The notes under the pieces are model-generated. The model searched no databases and was not told where the DNA came from. It worked only from the letters and a program-made list of their open reading frames with translations. From Candidatus Bathyarchaeota archaeon (GTDB taxonomy: Archaea; Thermoproteota; Bathyarchaeia; Bathyarchaeales; Bathycorpusculaceae): a stretch of DNA of 64,000 bases. A program made the position numbers and the translations under genes. Within the stretch, counting starts at the first letter, position 1; every line of letters begins with the position of its first letter. The stretch covers positions 224,001 to 288,000 of the forward strand of contig CAWAKC010000003.1 in NCBI GenBank assembly GCA_963782525.1. Reading direction: 5' to 3'. This document shows, piece by piece, positions 20,467 to 31,096 of the stretch.

Positions 20467-22008
20467 ATGCAAGCAAAAAACAAAACCCCCAGCATTACAA
20501 GCCGCGAAATGCGTGCCTTAGAAGTAAACGCACAATACTTTGGCGTCAGTCTGCTTCAGCTTATGGAGAACGCTGGACGCAACGTAGCCCAGGAAACCAT
20601 CACACGTTTCCAAAAAAACAAGAAAGCAGCGGTGTTTTGTGGTTTAGGTGGAAATGGCGGCGATGGATTCGTTGCAGCTAGGCATCTTTTGGCTGAGGAT
20701 TTTGAGGTTACTGTTGTTTTAGTCGGAAGAAGTCGAGAAATTAGCCATAAAGCTGCGCTTAGCAACTGGGTTATTCTTGAGTCTCTTAAGGATAAAGTCA
20801 CTTTGATAGAAGTTTCTGATAGTTCACTTATTCCCAAGGTGAATGCAGGCATAATTATCGACGCTTTGCTTGGAACAGGAACAAAAGGAAAGCTGAAACC
20901 GCCAATCGCCCAAGTAGTCGACTACACAAACTCGTTGAATGGCTTCAAGATTGCAGTTGACGTCCCTACAGGTATTGATTCAGACACCGGCGAAGTGTTA
21001 GGCACTGCCGTAAAAGCCGATTTAACCATAACCTTCCACAAGGCAAAGCCGGGGCTGGATAAAGCCAAAAAATACATTGGCGAACTCGAAGTGGTCGACA
21101 TTGGTTTACCAATTGAGTTGGAGCGGTTTGCTGGTCCAGGCGACGTTTCCCTTGTCACTAAACCGCGCAATCCATCAGCTCACAAGGGCGACTTTGGACG
21201 TTTACTCGTTATTGGTGGAAGCGAAGTTTACTCTGGAGCGCCTACATTGGTTTCCTTAGCTGCCATGCGTACAGGAGTTGATATTGTTTATCTTGCGGCT
21301 CCAGCCAAAACGGCTACCACAATTTCCTCCATGTCCCCCGATTTGATCACGATAAAGCTTGAAGGAGAAAACCTCAACCCAGCAAACATTGAAGCAATCA
21401 AACCTTACTTAGGCATGGTTGACGCTGTTGCAATGGGACCGGGGCTGGGCTTGAACCCTGAAACCGTAAAGTTTGTCAAAGCATGTGTGGAAGAGGTTGA
21501 AAAAGCAAAGAAACCGCTGCTTTTGGATGCCGACGGATTGAAAGCGTTTGCAAAATTCAAGCGATTACTAAAGGTTCCGCTGGTGTTGACGCCACACGCA
21601 GGAGAATACGAAATACTTACGGGAGAAACATTGCCTGACAATCAGGAGGAACGCGTCTTGACTATACAGAAAACCGCCAAGAAACTCAACGCCACCATCC
21701 TTGTTAAGGGCAAAGTTGACATCATATGCGATGCCAACCGTTCAAAATTGAATTTCACGGGTAATCCAGGAATGACAGTTGGAGGAACGGGCGACGTCCT
21801 CAGCGGCATTGCCGGCGGCTTGATGGCAATGAACGTAGACCCCTTTGAGGCGGCCGTTGCCGGTGCCTTTGTGAACGGTGCTGCAGGCGACTTTGTTGCA
21901 AATGAAATTGGCTTTCACATGGTGGCAACTGATATAATCGATTGGATACCCCACATGTTTGAAGATCCGATGAGTCATTTGAAGGTGCGCAAGCCAAATG
22001 GAAGCTGA
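20467..22008 (+). CDS. nnr: Bifunctional NAD(P)H-hydrate epimerase/dehydratase
   Basis: LMENAG, GGNGGDG, DALLGTG, VDVPTG, HKGDFG, GPGLG, LTPHAGE, GGTGDVL. Confidence 0.95.
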   Translation: MQAKNKTPSITSREMRALEVNAQYFGVSLLQLMENAGRNVAQETITRFQKNKKAAVFCGLGGNGGDGFVAARHLLAEDFEVTVVLVGRSREISHKAALSNWVILESLKDKVTLIEVSDSSLIPKVNAGIIIDALLGTGTKGKLKPPIAQVVDYTNSLNGFKIAVDVPTGIDSDTGEVLGTAVKADLTITFHKAKPGLDKAKKYIGELEVVDIGLPIELERFAGPGDVSLVTKPRNPSAHKGDFGRLLVIGGSEVYSGAPTLVSLAAMRTGVDIVYLAAPAKTATTISSMSPDLITIKLEGENLNPANIEAIKPYLGMVDAVAMGPGLGLNPETVKFVKACVEEVEKAKKPLLLDADGLKAFAKFKRLLKVPLVLTPHAGEYEILTGETLPDNQEERVLTIQKTAKKLNATILVKGKVDIICDANRSKLNFTGNPGMTVGGTGDVLSGIAGGLMAMNVDPFEAAVAGAFVNGAAGDFVANEIGFHMVATDIIDWIPHMFEDPMSHLKVRKPNGS

Positions 22009-22576
22009 CTCAGAACAACCAAAGTCAGACTTACCTGTTAGAATAACCATTTACCACGCTGCCCAAGATGACCCAAAAAAAAACACTGCATTACGGCTTA
22101 AACGTCGAGGACTTGCCCGTATCGTTACAAGTGCAAGATTCTTGCCTAAGCGAGCCATCGTTCTAAACCCCTTTGGCGAAATCGCGTTTTCTCCAGCGGA
22201 CAAGGAGAGGCTTGAGCAGTTTGGAGTAGCGGCTTTAGATTGCAGTTGGGAACATGCCCAGAAAGTTATGGAAAAACAAGTTAAAGGAACTAGCCGCTGC
22301 TTGCCAATTTTAATTGCAGGTAACCCAGTGAATTATGGCAAGCTTACCAAGTTGACAACTGTCGAAGCCATCGCGGCTGCCTTGTACATTGCGGGTTTCA
22401 AGAAAGAGGCTGAGGATATTTTATTAATTTTTCCTTGGGGACATACATTTTTCGAGTTAAACCAAACGTTCCTTGACAATTATGTAACTGCTAAGGATAG
22501 CGCTGACATTGTAGAAATGCAAACGAGGCTTTTGAAACCCCAAAAACGCGAGCCAAGCAAGAATGTCTTTGAGTGA
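21998..22576 (+). CDS. tsr3: 16S rRNA aminocarboxypropyltransferase
   Basis: DDPKKNTALRL, LDCSW, R.LP.LIAGNPVNYGK..KLTTVEA, F.WG..F.ELN. Confidence 0.93.
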   Translation: MEADSEQPKSDLPVRITIYHAAQDDPKKNTALRLKRRGLARIVTSARFLPKRAIVLNPFGEIAFSPADKERLEQFGVAALDCSWEHAQKVMEKQVKGTSRCLPILIAGNPVNYGKLTKLTTVEAIAAALYIAGFKKEAEDILLIFPWGHTFFELNQTFLDNYVTAKDSADIVEMQTRLLKPQKREPSKNVFE

Positions 22577-22742
22577 TACGTTGGGCAGAGTAGTTTTAAG
22601 ACATATTTGCTTCTATAGAGGACAGGAAAAAATCCAAGGAGGGTAAATCATTATTGGGGTTTTTTCGTTTAAACCGTCATAAAATATGTGAAGCCTTATT
22701 GCCGACAATGCGAACTTGAAAAAAGCATGGGAGACCTGAAGC

Positions 22743-23375
22743 TTGGAGTTTATCACTGACTTCTTTGTGTTCTTAGCTTCAGTCCTGTTAATTTCACTTT
22801 CAGGAGTCCTTATGCCTGGACCTCTCTTTGCAATCACGATAAAGAAGGCATCAAAAAGTAAAACAGCAGGCGCCTTGATAGCGGTCGGCCATGGGATCGT
22901 TGAGTTTCCCTTGATGTTTCTTATTTTCTTTGTATTAAACCAATTTAACATTCCCAGCTTTGTGCAAGTTGCGGTGGGTTTGGTTGGAGGTTTCTTCATG
23001 GTTTTCATGGGAGTCCAAGCATTTCGAAACAGGTACAGACAGCAAGAAGCAACAGTAGATTTAAAACGAGATTCTGTGCTTGCTGGGATATGGACGACAG
23101 CGGCTAATGCGGGCTTTATCTTATGGTGGTTAACCATTGGTACCACCCTTATTTTGAACGCTAAACTATTTGGACTCGTAGGCTTCTCTGTCTTTGCGGG
23201 GGTTCATTGGCTCACTGATTTCGTTTGGTACACCGTGGTTGCAGTTTTGATTTTTAAGTCGCAGCGGTTCTGGACCGCCCGCGTGCACAACGGCATTGCT
23301 CTTTTCTGTGTAGCTGTATTCATCGGTTTCGGAGCTTACTTTATGGGTTCAGCACTATGGTCTTTGCTTTCATAG
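22743..23375 (+). CDS. LysE-family translocator
   Basis: SLSGVLMPGPL, GHGIVE, N..FILWW. Confidence 0.88.
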   Translation: MEFITDFFVFLASVLLISLSGVLMPGPLFAITIKKASKSKTAGALIAVGHGIVEFPLMFLIFFVLNQFNIPSFVQVAVGLVGGFFMVFMGVQAFRNRYRQQEATVDLKRDSVLAGIWTTAANAGFILWWLTIGTTLILNAKLFGLVGFSVFAGVHWLTDFVWYTVVAVLIFKSQRFWTARVHNGIALFCVAVFIGFGAYFMGSALWSLLS

Positions 23376-23405
23376 TTAAATAACCAGCCGAAGTAAATTG
23401 TATTC

Positions 23406-23957
23406 ATGGAATTTAAAGTTGGAAGCGCCACACTTGAACTAATCAAAGGCGACATAACAAACGTGGAAGCTGATGCAATAGTGAACGCAGCTAACTCGAC
23501 GCTGCTTGGAGGCGGCGGAGTAGATGGAGCCATTCACCGTAAAGGTGGACCAAAAATCCTTGAAGAATGCAAACTAATACGGGCAACGGAGTGGCCCGAT
23601 GGATTGCCCACGGGCAAAGCAGTGATGACATCAGGCGGAAAATTGAAAGCTAAACATGTCATACACACGGTTGGGCCGGTTTGGATGGGCGGCTTTCACG
23701 TTGAAGCGGAACTTCTAAAGCAGGCATACCGCAATACGTTAAAACTTGCAGTTTCTAAGGGACTTCGAACCATTGCGTTTCCGTCAATTAGCACGGGCGC
23801 TTATGGTTACCCGATTGAAGAAGCAAGCCGCGTTGCCTTAGGGACGGTTAAAGCGTTTTTAGAGAATGAGGATAAGCTTGAAAAAGTAACTTTTGTTTTG
23901 TTTTCTGAGGGGGCTTTTGAGGTTTACAAAAAAACGGCTGAGTCCATGTTTCTGTAG
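23406..23957 (+). CDS. Macro domain protein (O-acetyl-ADP-ribose deacetylase)
   Basis: GDIT..ADAIVNAANSTLLGGGGVDGAIH, VIHTVGP, AFPSISTGAYGYP. Confidence 0.95.
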   Translation: MEFKVGSATLELIKGDITNVEADAIVNAANSTLLGGGGVDGAIHRKGGPKILEECKLIRATEWPDGLPTGKAVMTSGGKLKAKHVIHTVGPVWMGGFHVEAELLKQAYRNTLKLAVSKGLRTIAFPSISTGAYGYPIEEASRVALGTVKAFLENEDKLEKVTFVLFSEGAFEVYKKTAESMFL

Positions 23958-23996
23958 TTGCGTGACTTAGAAAAAGAGAAAAATTTGGGTTACAGC

Positions 23997-24260
23997 TTAT
24001 GGTATGACAGAGACTTTTTCGGCTTCAGTAATGGATGCGACAGGAATGTCAAGTTGCTCTTGTACCACAAGCAGAATAGCTTCTTCGCTTGGTCCATCAA
24101 ATATGAAGGACACTCTGTTCTCCGTTACACAGCAGTAGCAAGCCGTCAATTCGACGCCTTTGATTTTTCCTTTAGAGAACATTTTAACTGCTCCTTCTGC
24201 ACATGCTTTGGGTTCTTTTCCAGATTTTAATATGGCTGAATTCACTAAATAGCTTGGCAA
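23997..24260 (-). CDS. Small hypothetical protein (dimeric alpha-beta barrel-like)
   Basis: 87-aa ORF with GGAAGTGA RBS; FIFDGPSEEAI. Confidence 0.65.
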   Translation of the reverse strand: MPSYLVNSAILKSGKEPKACAEGAVKMFSKGKIKGVELTACYCCVTENRVSFIFDGPSEEAILLVVQEQLDIPVASITEAEKVSVIP

Positions 24261-24343
24261 AAATTCACTTCCTTACTACTTATTTAATAGAAGGATTTTA
24301 TAAGCATTCTGACTTGGATCCTATTAGAAAAAACAATCAAATA

Positions 24344-24367
24344 TGTTGTTGGTGGATTGCAGTCACA
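24344..24367. promoter_or_regulatory. Palindrome TGTKRYTG-N8-CARYMACA (16/16)
   Basis: TGTTGTTG-gtggattg-CAGTCACA followed by aattcatataac. Confidence 0.8.
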
Positions 24368-24413
24368 AATTCATATAACATGTTAGATACGAGAGTATTG
24401 TTAGGTGGCCGTT

Positions 24414-24575
24414 TTGGTTAAAGCTTTGTTTAGTTGCCCTTTCTGTGAAACGCCAGCTTGGCGTACGCGTTACATGCTTTGGCTTCACATGAGGGAATGT
24501 ATCAAGAAAAACCTGGAAGATAAAACGGCGAACAATGTTGTTGACTCTGCTGTTGTCAAATTAACTGACCAATAG
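24414..24575 (+). CDS. Small C2HC zinc-finger protein, 53 aa; missed by the ORF track
   Basis: MVKALFSCPFCETPAWRTRYMLWLHMRECIKKN...; AGGTGG RBS, TTG start. Confidence 0.65.
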   Translation: MVKALFSCPFCETPAWRTRYMLWLHMRECIKKNLEDKTANNVVDSAVVKLTDQ

Positions 24576-24603
24576 GTCGGGGTTAAAATCTAAGAAAGTT
24601 GTT

Positions 24604-24906
24604 TCAGATGAGGGTTAACGTCAAGGTTGATTTGACGCTACTTAAGTTGCCAATCTGCTTGAGAATCACTTCACGCACATGATCATAGGATTCTCCAACT
24701 ACCTTCGCCACAACATCGTAGGCGCCATGCGCCAAATAAACTTCTTTTACTTCGGTGATCTTCCGTAAATCTTCAAGCGCCAAAGCACTAGCATTAGATT
24801 CGATGGTTGTGATAAAAACGAAGGCACTTCGATTTGGCTTATCCGAAACTTGTTTTGTGGGGTGGCTGCTGATTGCTGCACTAATGTCCTCAAAAACATT
24901 CTCCAA
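24604..24906 (-). CDS. Lrp/AsnC ligand-binding domain protein
   Basis: AFVFIT..EVKEVYLAHGAYDVVAKV..STLTL; GAGGTG RBS. Confidence 0.85.
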   Translation of the reverse strand: MENVFEDISAAISSHPTKQVSDKPNRSAFVFITTIESNASALALEDLRKITEVKEVYLAHGAYDVVAKVVGESYDHVREVILKQIGNLSSVKSTLTLTLI

Positions 24907-24964
24907 AATACTGCACCTCAAAAACCGTTTGTATTAACTATCTCAAGAATAAGTATTAAAGATG

Positions 24965-24988
24965 TGTTGCTGTCACGCAACTACAACA
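24965..24988. promoter_or_regulatory. Palindrome site upstream of the Lrp/AsnC gene
   Basis: TGTTGCTG-tcacgcaa-CTACAACA; minus-strand TATA ctttaata follows. Confidence 0.75.
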
Positions 24989-25028
24989 AAAAATAAAGAA
25001 AAATTTGGCGTCCCAGAGAAAAAGTGGT

Positions 25029-25574
25029 TTATCCGTTTTTGGTTTTGAGGTTTATCTGCGAGTAGATTTCGTATTTGTCGCCGAGAACTTTTCTACCGTC
25101 TAAGTAGCCAAGTTCTATGAGGAAACCCAACCCGACAACTTTGCCGCCTAGTTTCTCCACTAGCTCCACGTTGGCTTTTACAGTTCCGCCCGTCGCCAAC
25201 AAATCGTCGATGATTAGAACATTCTGCCCCTTCACAATGGCGTCCTCATGCATCTCGATGGTGTCACCCTCGTACTCTTTCTTATAGGTCAAATCAACGC
25301 ACTTGTGGGGAAGCTTTCCTTTTTTGCGAACGGGAACAAAACCGACGCCGAGCTCGTAAGCAAGGGGAGCGCCTATGATGAATCCGCGGGCTTCGTTGGA
25401 GACGATTACGTCGATTTTTTTTCCTCGATAATGGTCTGCAAGTTGTTTTATGCATTCGCGGAAGCAGGTTTTGTCTTTAAGCAGGGGCGTGATGTCCCAG
25501 AATACGACGCCCTTGAACTCTGGGATTCGGCGGATTTTGCCTTTTAAATCGATGGTTTTATCTGTTTTTGTCAT
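25029..25574 (-). CDS. apt: Adenine phosphoribosyltransferase
   Basis: F.DITPLL, EARGF, RKKGKLP, IIDDLLATGGT. Confidence 0.96.
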   Translation of the reverse strand: MTKTDKTIDLKGKIRRIPEFKGVVFWDITPLLKDKTCFRECIKQLADHYRGKKIDVIVSNEARGFIIGAPLAYELGVGFVPVRKKGKLPHKCVDLTYKKEYEGDTIEMHEDAIVKGQNVLIIDDLLATGGTVKANVELVEKLGGKVVGLGFLIELGYLDGRKVLGDKYEIYSQINLKTKNG

Positions 25575-25585
25575 TTTTTTCTCCT

Positions 25586-26377
25586 TTAAACGAATGCGCC
25601 CTTCAACGCTTCAGGACACTTGCAGGTGAATTCCGTAGGGGTTTTCCCGATGGTTTGTGCAATTATTTGTTTAACGTTTTCGGTGCCGGTGCGCATGATG
25701 TTTATTATGTCATCAACACATACAGCATGGTCTTTCCAGCAGTCATAGTCCGTGACGGTGCTGATGTTTGTGTAGCAGATTTCAGCTTCCCGCGACAACA
25801 CCACTTCAGGAACCATCGTCATGCCAATGATGTCGGCGCCCCACTTCTGATACATCCGCGACTCAGCTTTAGTTGAGAAACGTGGACCTTCAATACAGAC
25901 GTATGTGCCTGTTTCATGCATCTTGATTTTGAGGCTCTTAGCAACATCAACAACGGTTTTGTGGAGTTGGGGACACATGGGTTCTGCAACGGATATGTGG
26001 CAGACGCGTGCTTCGGCGAGGGCGTAGAAGGATTGTTCACGTCTTGTTGTGCGGTCGATGAATTGATCAGCGAAAACGATGTCGCCAGGCGCATAATCCT
26101 CACGGAGGGAACCAACCGTGGAAGCCGCCAAAATACGTTTGACGCCTAACCGCTTGAGGGCAAAAATGTTGGCCCGTACATTAATGTCTGTGGGGCGAAT
26201 CGTATGCAGTTTTCCATGACGAGGCAAAAATGCCACAGATTTGCCGCCGAGTTCACCAACAGTTATAGCGTCCGAGGGTTTACCATAAGGCGTTTCAACC
26301 GTGACTTCCTGAACATTCTTGAGAAGTTTAGGGTCATAAAGACCAGTTCCACCGATAACTCCAAATTCAGCTTGCAT
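25586..26377 (-). CDS. mtnP: S-methyl-5'-thioadenosine phosphorylase
   Basis: GVIGGTG, FLPRHG, DQFIDRT, EGPRFSTKAES, GMT..PE, VTDYDCW. Confidence 0.95.
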   Translation of the reverse strand: MQAEFGVIGGTGLYDPKLLKNVQEVTVETPYGKPSDAITVGELGGKSVAFLPRHGKLHTIRPTDINVRANIFALKRLGVKRILAASTVGSLREDYAPGDIVFADQFIDRTTRREQSFYALAEARVCHISVAEPMCPQLHKTVVDVAKSLKIKMHETGTYVCIEGPRFSTKAESRMYQKWGADIIGMTMVPEVVLSREAEICYTNISTVTDYDCWKDHAVCVDDIINIMRTGTENVKQIIAQTIGKTPTEFTCKCPEALKGAFV

Positions 26378-26552
26378 AAAAACCTAATTCAAACGCTGAG
26401 CTTATAAGAATAGCGACACAATCTGTGCTTACCTTTTTTTTATAGCCCTTCATATATAGGCAAAAAAATTGGAGCCGAATACGATAGTGAGCTTAGGAAA
26501 AACAAATGATGAAAATGCAAGCACAATGCACTTTTCAATATACATTCACAAT

Positions 26553-27775
26553 TTAGGCTTTTCCTATAGTGACTTGGACGGTTTGTTGTTGTCCGTTTCT
26601 AATGACGGTGAAGTCTATGGTTTGTCCGAGTAGGGTGTGTTCTTCTAGGTAGCTGAGGAGGTCGTCAGTGTTGGCTATGCGTTGGTTGTTTATGGCGGTT
26701 ATGATGTCGCCGCCGAGGACGACGGTTGAGCCGAGTATACTTTTTTGGGTATTGCCGCCTTGGAGGCCGTTTTGTATTGAGACGCTTTCGACGAGGAAGC
26801 CGTAGGTGACGGGTGCGCCCATGGCTTGGGCGATTGGGTAGTTCATGTCTGTTCCCACGACGTTTATGGAGGGGTGCTGGTCGTATGAACCTGAGGTTAC
26901 CAGTGAACTGATTTCACGTATTATGGTGTCCGAGGGAATTGCGAATCCCAGGCTCTGTGAGTTGCTGATACCTGCAGTAGTTATGCCAACGACGTCACCG
27001 CCATATGTGATGAGGGGTCCTCCAGAGTTGCCGGGGTTGATGGCGGTGCTGGTTTGGATGATGTCTGCGATAGTTTGGCCGTTTTGGCTTGATGAAGAGT
27101 CTTCGGTAATGGTTCTGCCCAAGGCGCTGATAACTCCTGTGGTTAATGTGCCTGACAGCCCGTATGGTGTGCCGACGGCAACGACGGGGTCGCCGACTTG
27201 CAGGGTGTCTGAGTCTGCGAGGGTTAGGGGTGTTAAACCGCTTGGCATCGACGATATGGAGAGGACAGCGAGGTCAGCTTGTGGGTCAGAACCTAATACT
27301 TTTGCAGGGTAAGAGTCGCCGTTTGAGAAGGTTACGGTTTCATTTATGGCATTCGCAATTACGTGGTCGTTGGTGACTATGACGTTTTGGTTGTTAACGT
27401 GGGTTATAAATCCTGAACCCTGCTGTTGACTGTAACCTATAAGATTTCCAAAGAAATTATACGAGGGTACAAGGTCTTGGATAACCACAACGGATGATTT
27501 TACTTGTTGATAGAGGTTGGAGAGCGAAATGCTGCCATTGATGAGGTAGGTTTGTTGTGTACCGTTGCTGCTGGAGCCTTGGTAGAGGCCAATTTGGGAT
27601 TGCAGGTTTGAGAGTTTTGTGTTGAAGTCTTGGTAGGTTACGGTGTAAGAGATTATTCCTCCTGCAACCAACCCCACGAGTAAAAAAGCAACGATGATCA
27701 CTGCCATGAAGCGCCGGTTTTTTTTGGTGGAGGCGGAAGGGAGGGAGAAGAAGAAGGTAAAGATGTTGATTCCAT
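26553..27775 (-). CDS. HtrA/DegP-like S1C serine protease with PDZ domain; probable true ATG at 27775 with a frameshift in the T8 run at 27718-27725
   Basis: GSGF, TNDHV, DLAVL, INPGNSGGPL, PDZ GDIITAIN; N-terminal TM. Confidence 0.92.
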
Positions 27776-27816
27776 GGGGGAAATCCTCAAGTTGAATGAT
27801 ATTTATCTTTTTGAGT

Positions 27817-28626
27817 TTACGATGAGAACGGTTCATCTGTTATGGTCAGAGATTTTTGGCAAATTGGGCATACGTTGTCGCTTGGTTTTATGTCGGCTCC
27901 GCAGTTGGGGCACTTATTGTTCTTCTTTGCAAGGTGGAGTCCTTCTTTTTCCTTGATTATTTTGCCGTCTTTAAGGAGCAGCATCCGCTCGGTGTGGTTG
28001 GCGGCTTGGCTGTCGTGGGTAACCATGATGATGGTGGTGCCCTGTGTAAGGTTGAGGTTGGCGAGGAGCTTTATGATTTCCTGTTTGTTTTGACTGTCGA
28101 GGTTTCCTGTGGGTTCATCTGCGAGGATGAATGCGGGGTTGTTTGCGAGGGCTCGTGCGATTGCGACACGTTGCTGCTCACCAGCGCTTAATCGTTGGGG
28201 TCGGTGATTTTCTCTTCCCGACAGCCCAACCATCGCCAAAAGTTCACTTGCTCGTTTTTTGCGTTCAGATTTGGATTTGATTTTGCCTTCCATGGGCAAC
28301 TCGACGTTTTCGCGGGCGTTTAGGTAGGGGAGTAGGTTGAATGTTTGGAATACGAAGCCCATTTTGTCTCGGCGGATTTTATAGAGTTGGTTTTCAGGCA
28401 TTTTGCTAACGTCGATGCCGTCTAAGAGGACTTGGCCGTCGGTGGCTTTGTCGATGCAGCCGATGACGTTGAGCAATGTGGTTTTGCCGGAGCCTGAAGG
28501 TCCCATGATCGCTATGAATTCGCCCTGATTGACTTGCAGGTTCAGGTTTGTGAGGGCTTGAACGGGGCGTTTGCCTAGCATGTAGGTTTTGTTTAGGTTT
28601 GATATTTGCAGTACTGGCTTACTCAT
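27817..28626 (-). CDS. ABC transporter ATP-binding protein (LolD/MacB-like) with C-terminal zinc ribbon
   Basis: [25 protein letters not shown]; CPNCG..CPIC. Confidence 0.93.
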   Translation of the reverse strand: MSKPVLQISNLNKTYMLGKRPVQALTNLNLQVNQGEFIAIMGPSGSGKTTLLNVIGCIDKATDGQVLLDGIDVSKMPENQLYKIRRDKMGFVFQTFNLLPYLNARENVELPMEGKIKSKSERKKRASELLAMVGLSGRENHRPQRLSAGEQQRVAIARALANNPAFILADEPTGNLDSQNKQEIIKLLANLNLTQGTTIIMVTHDSQAANHTERMLLLKDGKIIKEKEGLHLAKKNNKCPNCGADIKPSDNVCPICQKSLTITDEPFSS

Positions 28627-30112
28627 ATTTCATCGCCTCTGCGGGTCGAATTTTTGCAGCTCTCCATGCGGGATATAAACTGCCTAAAGCGCCAAGTAGA
28701 ACTGATGCACCGAACAATATCAGTATAAGTTCAGGATTCAAAGTCGCAACTGATAATCCGCCGATTCTTGATGTGCCTGAAACGACTACAGCCCCTGCAC
28801 CGGCTCCGCCGCCTAGACCAACGCTTGGAAGCAAAAGGGATGAGATCGTGGGCGCTGCTATGCTGCCTATTGCGATGCCAACTATACCAGCAATTATGCT
28901 TAATAAGATACCCTCAAGCATAAACTGGCTCATCACAACAGAGTTGCTAAAACCAATCGCTTTAAGCGTGCCAATCTCTTTGGTTCTCTCCTTGACCGTG
29001 TATAGCATAACAAATAGTACTATCAAGCTTGTTGCTACAACCACTATGGCAATTTCTTCCACGGCAGTTGAATACGTTTGGCTATTAGATGCTTGGGCAG
29101 TTGCCAGTTCACTATTATAGGTCGTTTGTAAGTTTTGAAGTTGATTTAGCCGGGTTTGGTCAGTAGTAACTGTAAGTTCAGGGTGCAATGTACTTATGGC
29201 GCTAGCTACCTGTGTAACAGCCTCGCTGCTTGTAGCAAACACTTTGAAACTAGTTATGTATCCTGTGTTGTTAGTTATTGTTTGAGCGTCAGATAGATTC
29301 ATGTATAATGTTTGTGTTTGCGAAACGGAAGCTGGGCTATAGATGCCTACGACAGTAAAGGGTTGGTTTAAAACGGTAATTGTGTCGCCTACTCCAGCAT
29401 TGAAGTATGCTGAGTTGTTTTCACTAAGCAACACTTCTCCACTAGCGCCAGCCTGTAAGTTGCTTCCTTCAGTTATGTTTGTCGGCAACACAGGATAGAT
29501 ATTTACCAAATCAGAAGTTAACGGAATACCTTCAATTGTGTACTCGACTTCAAGAGTTGTGATGGTTCGTGAGTATCCATTAAATGATAGGTCTCGCGTT
29601 ACATTTTGTCCTTCAGAAGCTTGCAGTATAGGCTCAACAGTTGCTATGCCAGAAATTGTATCGTTGATATCAGTGTATAAGCTCTCGTTCATAGGATTTG
29701 ATTGACCACCACTAAATGCGCCACCACCAAATTGGCCACCTACAGTTCCGCCACCGAATTGACCAGGCGTAAAACCGCCACCGCCAGGTCTACCACCACT
29801 ACCACTAGGAGGAAAACCTGAACCAGAACCGCTACCGCCAGAGTTGGCGCCAAAACCGCTGAAACCGAAACCCGAAAAACTCGGCGCAAGGTTACAGTCT
29901 ATTTGAGTTGAGGTTTGATTAATTGCGGCGCTGGTTTGAGTAATGATGTTGCTTAAATTTGTGGCTGCCGTACTAGCTGTCTGCTGATTAGCCAAAACGC
30001 CTGCAGGAATTGAAACCAAAATTGCCATTGAAAAACCCAACGCGATAATTACTAGTAGCGCTCGGATTTTTCTTCTTGAAATGTTTCTTATTGCTCTATT
30101 AATTATTCCCAT
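28619..30112 (-). CDS. MacB/FtsX-family ABC permease with Gly-rich extracellular insert
   Basis: RNISRRKIR, ERTKEIGTLKAIGF, YPAWRAAKIRP.EA. Confidence 0.92.
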   Translation of the reverse strand: MGIINRAIRNISRRKIRALLVIIALGFSMAILVSIPAGVLANQQTASTAATNLSNIITQTSAAINQTSTQIDCNLAPSFSGFGFSGFGANSGGSGSGSGFPPSGSGGRPGGGGFTPGQFGGGTVGGQFGGGAFSGGQSNPMNESLYTDINDTISGIATVEPILQASEGQNVTRDLSFNGYSRTITTLEVEYTIEGIPLTSDLVNIYPVLPTNITEGSNLQAGASGEVLLSENNSAYFNAGVGDTITVLNQPFTVVGIYSPASVSQTQTLYMNLSDAQTITNNTGYITSFKVFATSSEAVTQVASAISTLHPELTVTTDQTRLNQLQNLQTTYNSELATAQASNSQTYSTAVEEIAIVVVATSLIVLFVMLYTVKERTKEIGTLKAIGFSNSVVMSQFMLEGILLSIIAGIVGIAIGSIAAPTISSLLLPSVGLGGGAGAGAVVVSGTSRIGGLSVATLNPELILILFGASVLLGALGSLYPAWRAAKIRPAEAMKYE

Positions 30113-30356
30113 GAAAGGTTCTTTCCTCATTAGTGTCGAAGGCAACCAAGAAGAGACTTGAAGGGGTATTCGATTGGGCAGTTATAGGCCTATGGCCTTG
30201 ATTGATTTCAAATCCCTTCTTGGCTGCTTATTCCCACTGTAACCCCGAAGTGTTATTAAATAATTTTTCAAAATCTTACCCAAATCTCTCCCCAATCACA
30301 AACGCTAACGCGCTAAAACACAAAAAAAGAGAGAAAATTTTTAAAAAAAATTTGGC

Positions 30357-30911
30357 TTACTTGTCGATTTCTGTCACCGTTAACGTCAAGATCTTTGTTA
30401 CTTTTTCTTGGGAGAGGTCAACGACCACGAAAGATCTACTACCGTTGTTGCCAACTAAGAGTAAGTTTGCAGTTGAGGCTTGAGTTACTATGTTGCCGTT
30501 GCCGTCAATTGATCTGGTGATTACTGGGCGAATTGATGTTATGTTGAAGCCTTGGTTAAGCAGGTTTTGTACATCACTGTCGCTCTTAGCTATGTTTGTT
30601 ACGTTTGCAGTGAAATCAGCGCTTACCTGTATTGCTTGGGCACCGAATCCGCTATCCATGCCTCGGGGACCACCCATCCCAAATCGGGATTCCATACCCA
30701 TTGCCATGGGTCCGTTGCCGACTCCGCCAAAATTGAGGGGGCCATTGTCAGTGACGTTTACATTAGAGGAGGGAGTTGTTTCAACATCGGTTGCCACGGA
30801 GGCAGTGGGGTCAGCTTTAGCGAGTGATTGGGTTAAAGAAATTAATGATCCAGCTACTAAGGCGACAGCGATGACGGAAAGTAAGAGTAAGGCTTTAGTT
30901 TTTGTGTTCAT
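30357..30911 (-). CDS. Secreted hypothetical protein, first gene of the ABC operon
   Basis: Signal peptide; Gly/Met-rich linker; GGAGGTGA RBS. Confidence 0.75.
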   Translation of the reverse strand: MNTKTKALLLLSVIAVALVAGSLISLTQSLAKADPTASVATDVETTPSSNVNVTDNGPLNFGGVGNGPMAMGMESRFGMGGPRGMDSGFGAQAIQVSADFTANVTNIAKSDSDVQNLLNQGFNITSIRPVITRSIDGNGNIVTQASTANLLLVGNNGSRSFVVVDLSQEKVTKILTLTVTEIDK

Positions 30912-31096
30912 ATACTATTTTTCACCTCCTGATTTTCAAACAAATGAGGGAGTTTTCGTATTAAGGGATTTTTCAGGATTTCACCCAAATTAACTCCCAA
31001 TCTCAATATCTTCGGGAGTTTGAAAGCACACATTTATTACCCAAGTCGGATTAAATCTGAAGAAGAATCCACCTACTGCACGGAGAACCCAAAAAA

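Noticed and set aside
586-27725. Frameshifts in DUF523 (G5), the hydrolase (G6), Lrp (A6) and htrA (T8) as phase variation or programmed frameshifting
   Set aside because: All are single-base indels in short homopolymers of otherwise intact, unrelated genes; long-read assembly error is the simpler explanation.
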